IMG/VR virus record: IMGVR_UViG_3300027214_000019
Location: 1 to 27,869 of that record
DNA length: 27,869 nt
Origin: a virus
Taxonomy: Duplodnaviria; Caudoviricetes
Reading direction: 5' to 3' (one strand)
Shown: in pieces, positions 24,698 to 27,869 of the stretch
Layout: the number at the start of each line of letters is the position of its first letter
How positions within the stretch are numbered: position 1 is the first letter of the stretch
Made by a program: the position numbers and the translations under genes
The notes under the pieces: generated by a model
What the model saw: only the letters and a program-made list of their open reading frames with translations
The model's database searches: none
Told to the model about the DNA's origin: nothing

Positions 24698-27205
24698 TTA
24701 GCAGGTTGTAAAGTTTTGGAGTAATCCGTTCTCCGCTACTTGATAAATAGTTGATTGCCCACTTTCCTTTAGGAGTATACCTTCAGAAACAGGGTTTGAT
24801 GCTGATGTGTCGTAATATACATTACAACCAGCTGAAAGAATACCGCAGTTAGAATAGACAAATAAACTACCAGCGGTTTCATTACACATATTCAATATGT
24901 CGTTTGATGTGAATAGTGTGTATGAGAATGTTGAACCTGTCGGTGTTGGAATGATTGGTTCTATCGCCTGTTCGTAAGTTGGGGGTATTAAATCTTCCTC
25001 AACAATATCATATGGTAATTTAAGGAAATCACATTTCACCAAGTTTACATTCGTAATATCCGCATCGTTCATATTCAACAATCTCCACCAAGCGTTTTGG
25101 AAATATACTCTATCGTTAAATTGAATATCATTTATTTCCGTTGGGGTGAGCTTAAATGTCCCTGAGAATATCTTTGTATCATCTGCGTATAATGGGTCAA
25201 TCCTGCTAGTCCAAAAATCGTTATAGACATCGTTAATGGTATAACCGACATAAGTGTCGTTTGCTGCCTGCCAGTAATCATACTGGTTTCCAATATTCAA
25301 GTCAGAGAATATTGATGGGAAATATTCATAAGCACTCAAGTGAGAAATCGCACCATACTTTGTATGTGGTGTTGAAGTAGCCCCACTCAAGATGTAGATG
25401 TTTACAGAAGAACCTGAAATTGTTGCGTCCATCAAACCATTAAAGAAACCTAATCTCATTTGAGACCCTAACATTTCATAGGTATTCTCTATCGTATCTG
25501 CTGCTCTGTTCCAAGTGTAGATGTGTGGTATTAGAATATTACTTTCTGTTTCCCCATCAAATGTGGCAATCGGTAAAGGTGCGAATGGTATTGTGATTGT
25601 CTCTTGTCCGCTGTGGTATGCTGTTGGACTGATGTATCTGAATGTTCCAAAGTTTTGGTTTCTACTTTGTTTGTTGATAATTGAATATCGGTCATCACTA
25701 TCAGCGTAAGTTATAATATATTCTTTCTTCAACGAATTGGTTGGGGTTAGAACAAACCCTTGTGATAAATCTAATTTTTGAGACCAGTTCCTATCAATTC
25801 CTTGAGAATAATAAGTGTCCCATTTTTCAATCAAAAGGTTTCTATCACCCTGTGGTATTACCACCAAGTTAAACAACGAGACAATACCCTTGAAGAAGTC
25901 CAAACAGGTTATTTCTGTTGGTAGATTGTTTTGTATTAAGACATTATCTGATGCTGAAATAATTGGTGAAGTCCATAACTCCCAATAAGCCGAGTTGATA
26001 TACAATTCTGCGTTGGGGTCTCCACCTGTGTTTTGTCTTGAGTAATATAAAGCAACCCTACGACCAGCAGGGATTGTTGCGTTTATGTAGACATCACCAA
26101 CGATGGTAGGTGCTGATAAATTGAAAATGGTAATACCCTGTATCTGATTATAGATTGTTCCATCATCAACATCTTTAATAGCAACATTCAGATATGTGGC
26201 AGGGAGATATGAATATCTTACAGAGATGTTAAACCCGAACTTGAACTTGTATGTTCCTGATACGGCTGTGGTAAAAAAGTGTCCTCTGTTTTGGAATGAA
26301 ATAGAGGGGGAAAATATATTGAGTGGGTCATTTAATTCTTGTCTAAAAATGAAACCCTTAAAGTAATTTGTATTGTAGTTTCCATCAGCAAAATCTACAT
26401 AGTATCTATCATCTCTAACACTAAAGATATTGGCGTTTTCTGTGGCAGCACTTGAGGTAAATGCCCCCATCGTTTGTTGGGTTTTTGCCAGTGCGAATAT
26501 ACCCTCAAAATATGGACTATCAAAAAACGAACTATCATAGGTAAAACCAGCATAATCAAAGATTTGGTCTACAAGATATTTTACATTTATCCAAGGCGCA
26601 AATTGATTTACCGATAAAGGATTACCACTATTGGTAAACCCTGATGCTCCTGTCTCAAACTCACCATAATACTGGTTGGTATCATAACCATAAAAACCGA
26701 GTGGATATACGATTGTCCCTGTAATACCTGTGTAGTTCGCATATGAACCACCTGAATAATTCCAAGTTTCAATAATATTATCGTAAGTTAAAGGGTGTGT
26801 TAAATCGGTAAATGGTAGGTCAGTTAGTTTTCTATCCTGAATGGTATTGGCAAAGTCAGGTAATGATTGTGTTAAGAACAATTCATAAAATCCCCCGTTA
26901 AACGCAACACCCACTTTCGTCAATCTACTCTCACCAAAAAAGACATCAGCACCTCCGTATTTAACAACAGCGTTTACCACAACACTCTCATCAAAATTAC
27001 TTCCATTCACATTATAGACCGACTGAAAGAACTTGTTGTTCTTCTGTGAGAAAGGGACTTGGAAGGTCTTGGAGTATGTTGATATACGGGTTGTAAAGTC
27101 CTCAATATCCTCAAAGGTTTTATTGATGGATATGCTCATTTCTGAACCAGTATCTAACGAATACCAAACACTATCCGTGTTTGATTGAAGCCATAATTCT
27201 ATCAT
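24698..27205 (-). CDS. Tail/baseplate protein
   Basis: 835 aa; DIEDF..R..YSKTF.VP...NN.FF N-terminus and FFKGI..LFNL motif; adjacent to the tape measure gene. Confidence 0.75.
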   Translation of the reverse strand: MIELWLQSNTDSVWYSLDTGSEMSISINKTFEDIEDFTTRISTYSKTFQVPFSQKNNKFFQSVYNVNGSNFDESVVVNAVVKYGGADVFFGESRLTKVGVAFNGGFYELFLTQSLPDFANTIQDRKLTDLPFTDLTHPLTYDNIIETWNYSGGSYANYTGITGTIVYPLGFYGYDTNQYYGEFETGASGFTNSGNPLSVNQFAPWINVKYLVDQIFDYAGFTYDSSFFDSPYFEGIFALAKTQQTMGAFTSSAATENANIFSVRDDRYYVDFADGNYNTNYFKGFIFRQELNDPLNIFSPSISFQNRGHFFTTAVSGTYKFKFGFNISVRYSYLPATYLNVAIKDVDDGTIYNQIQGITIFNLSAPTIVGDVYINATIPAGRRVALYYSRQNTGGDPNAELYINSAYWELWTSPIISASDNVLIQNNLPTEITCLDFFKGIVSLFNLVVIPQGDRNLLIEKWDTYYSQGIDRNWSQKLDLSQGFVLTPTNSLKKEYIITYADSDDRYSIINKQSRNQNFGTFRYISPTAYHSGQETITIPFAPLPIATFDGETESNILIPHIYTWNRAADTIENTYEMLGSQMRLGFFNGLMDATISGSSVNIYILSGATSTPHTKYGAISHLSAYEYFPSIFSDLNIGNQYDYWQAANDTYVGYTINDVYNDFWTSRIDPLYADDTKIFSGTFKLTPTEINDIQFNDRVYFQNAWWRLLNMNDADITNVNLVKCDFLKLPYDIVEEDLIPPTYEQAIEPIIPTPTGSTFSYTLFTSNDILNMCNETAGSLFVYSNCGILSAGCNVYYDTSASNPVSEGILLKESGQSTIYQVAENGLLQNFTTC

Positions 27206-27208
27206 ATG

Positions 27209-27869
27209 TTATTCGTGGTTTTGTCTAATGGTATCGTAAGCCGATTTATACTCAATATTGATTTGGTATTTGTTGGAATTGATTTGGTAGTTTGGAACTA
27301 CAACCTCTGTCTGTGTGATTACGATTGGCATTGGGACACCATCATCACCGATTAAATAAACAGAGGGGGATTGGAACAATTCCTCACTCAACCATAACAT
27401 TTCTGATTGAGGCATATATGATGTGTAGATAACACCTGATTGAGAGATATTCTGTGCCCACACATTTCTCTTATTATTCCAACCATAGAATGACTGACTA
27501 TCCCAACCTGTAGAATAAAGTTCAGGTGCTGATTGGTATATCTGTTTTTCAATACCATAACCCACATCTTCTTTTGCTCTAAAGTTGTAGCTGTCCCAAG
27601 TTCCAAATGAGTTCATAAAGTAAACTACTCTGTCCCCTCCACCAGGGCTACAATCACCATCAACATAGAAGTAAAACTCTTCTGAAATTATAAGAGGTGT
27701 TAAACAGGTGTTTCCCGTGAAATTAGGACAAGGGAATGCTGATAATACCTCAATCTCACTATCAAAGATGTAAGGGTATACAAGTGGAACTAATCCACCA
27801 CCACCATAAGATATAATCTTGTATGGTTCATATTGATAATTGAAATATTGATTAGGAAAGATAGTATCA
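27209..27869 (-). CDS. Tail structural protein, C-terminal part (runs off the right window edge)
   Basis: The frame of track ORF 27209..27616 stays open to the edge (DTIFPNQYFNY...RVVYFMNSFGTWDSYNF...ELFQSPSVY). Confidence 0.75.
   Translation of the reverse strand, partial: DTIFPNQYFNYQYEPYKIISYGGGGLVPLVYPYIFDSEIEVLSAFPCPNFTGNTCLTPLIISEEFYFYVDGDCSPGGGDRVVYFMNSFGTWDSYNFRAKEDVGYGIEKQIYQSAPELYSTGWDSQSFYGWNNKRNVWAQNISQSGVIYTSYMPQSEMLWLSEELFQSPSVYLIGDDGVPMPIVITQTEVVVPNYQINSNKYQINIEYKSAYDTIRQNHE

Noticed and set aside
718-25709. Other plus-strand ORFs in the track (e.g. 718..957, 5344..5568, 21483..21791, 24072..24527)
   Set aside because: They are antisense to well-supported minus-strand genes; only 9123..9335 has a recognisable motif and its own promoter.
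27840-27869. Terminal direct repeat or exact circular join with position 1
   Set aside because: No end overlap is visible, and a direct join puts TGA in frame, so some sequence is missing between the ends.
1-27869. Stop-codon recoding, diversity-generating retroelement, IS element, intron/intein, tRNA
   Set aside because: Long genes are intact under the standard code and TAA, TGA and TAG all end genes. I saw no reverse transcriptase, transposase, intein or cloverleaf motifs.

Overview
AT-rich tailed-phage (Caudoviricetes, siphovirus-like) sequence with nearly all genes on the minus strand. The host is probably a Bacteroidota species, inferred from A-rich leaders without Shine-Dalgarno sites, TAnnTTTG-like promoter elements and recalled protein families. 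It carries a full virion module: TerS, TerL, portal, adaptor, XkdF-type prohead protease, scaffold, capsid, tail tube, frameshifted tail chaperone, tape measure, tail proteins and Pro/Thr-stalk fibres. The two window ends look like the N- and C-terminal parts of one tail gene, so this may be an almost complete circularly permuted genome of about 28-29 kb. No replication initiator, polymerase, helicase, integrase or endolysin is recognisable. Most notable points: (1) a DNA methyltransferase whose internal segment appears to be encoded as a separate, coupled downstream gene; (2) a ~310-nt multi-hairpin non-coding element with G-tracts between a promoter and a terminator (ncRNA or RNA-primed origin candidate); (3) three TATAGGAACTTGACT promoter/operator copies placed for leaderless translation, plus two paralogous HTH proteins; (4) two perfect tandem duplications (23 and 65 bp) that frameshift genes. 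All family assignments come from motif recognition by eye; no searches were run.
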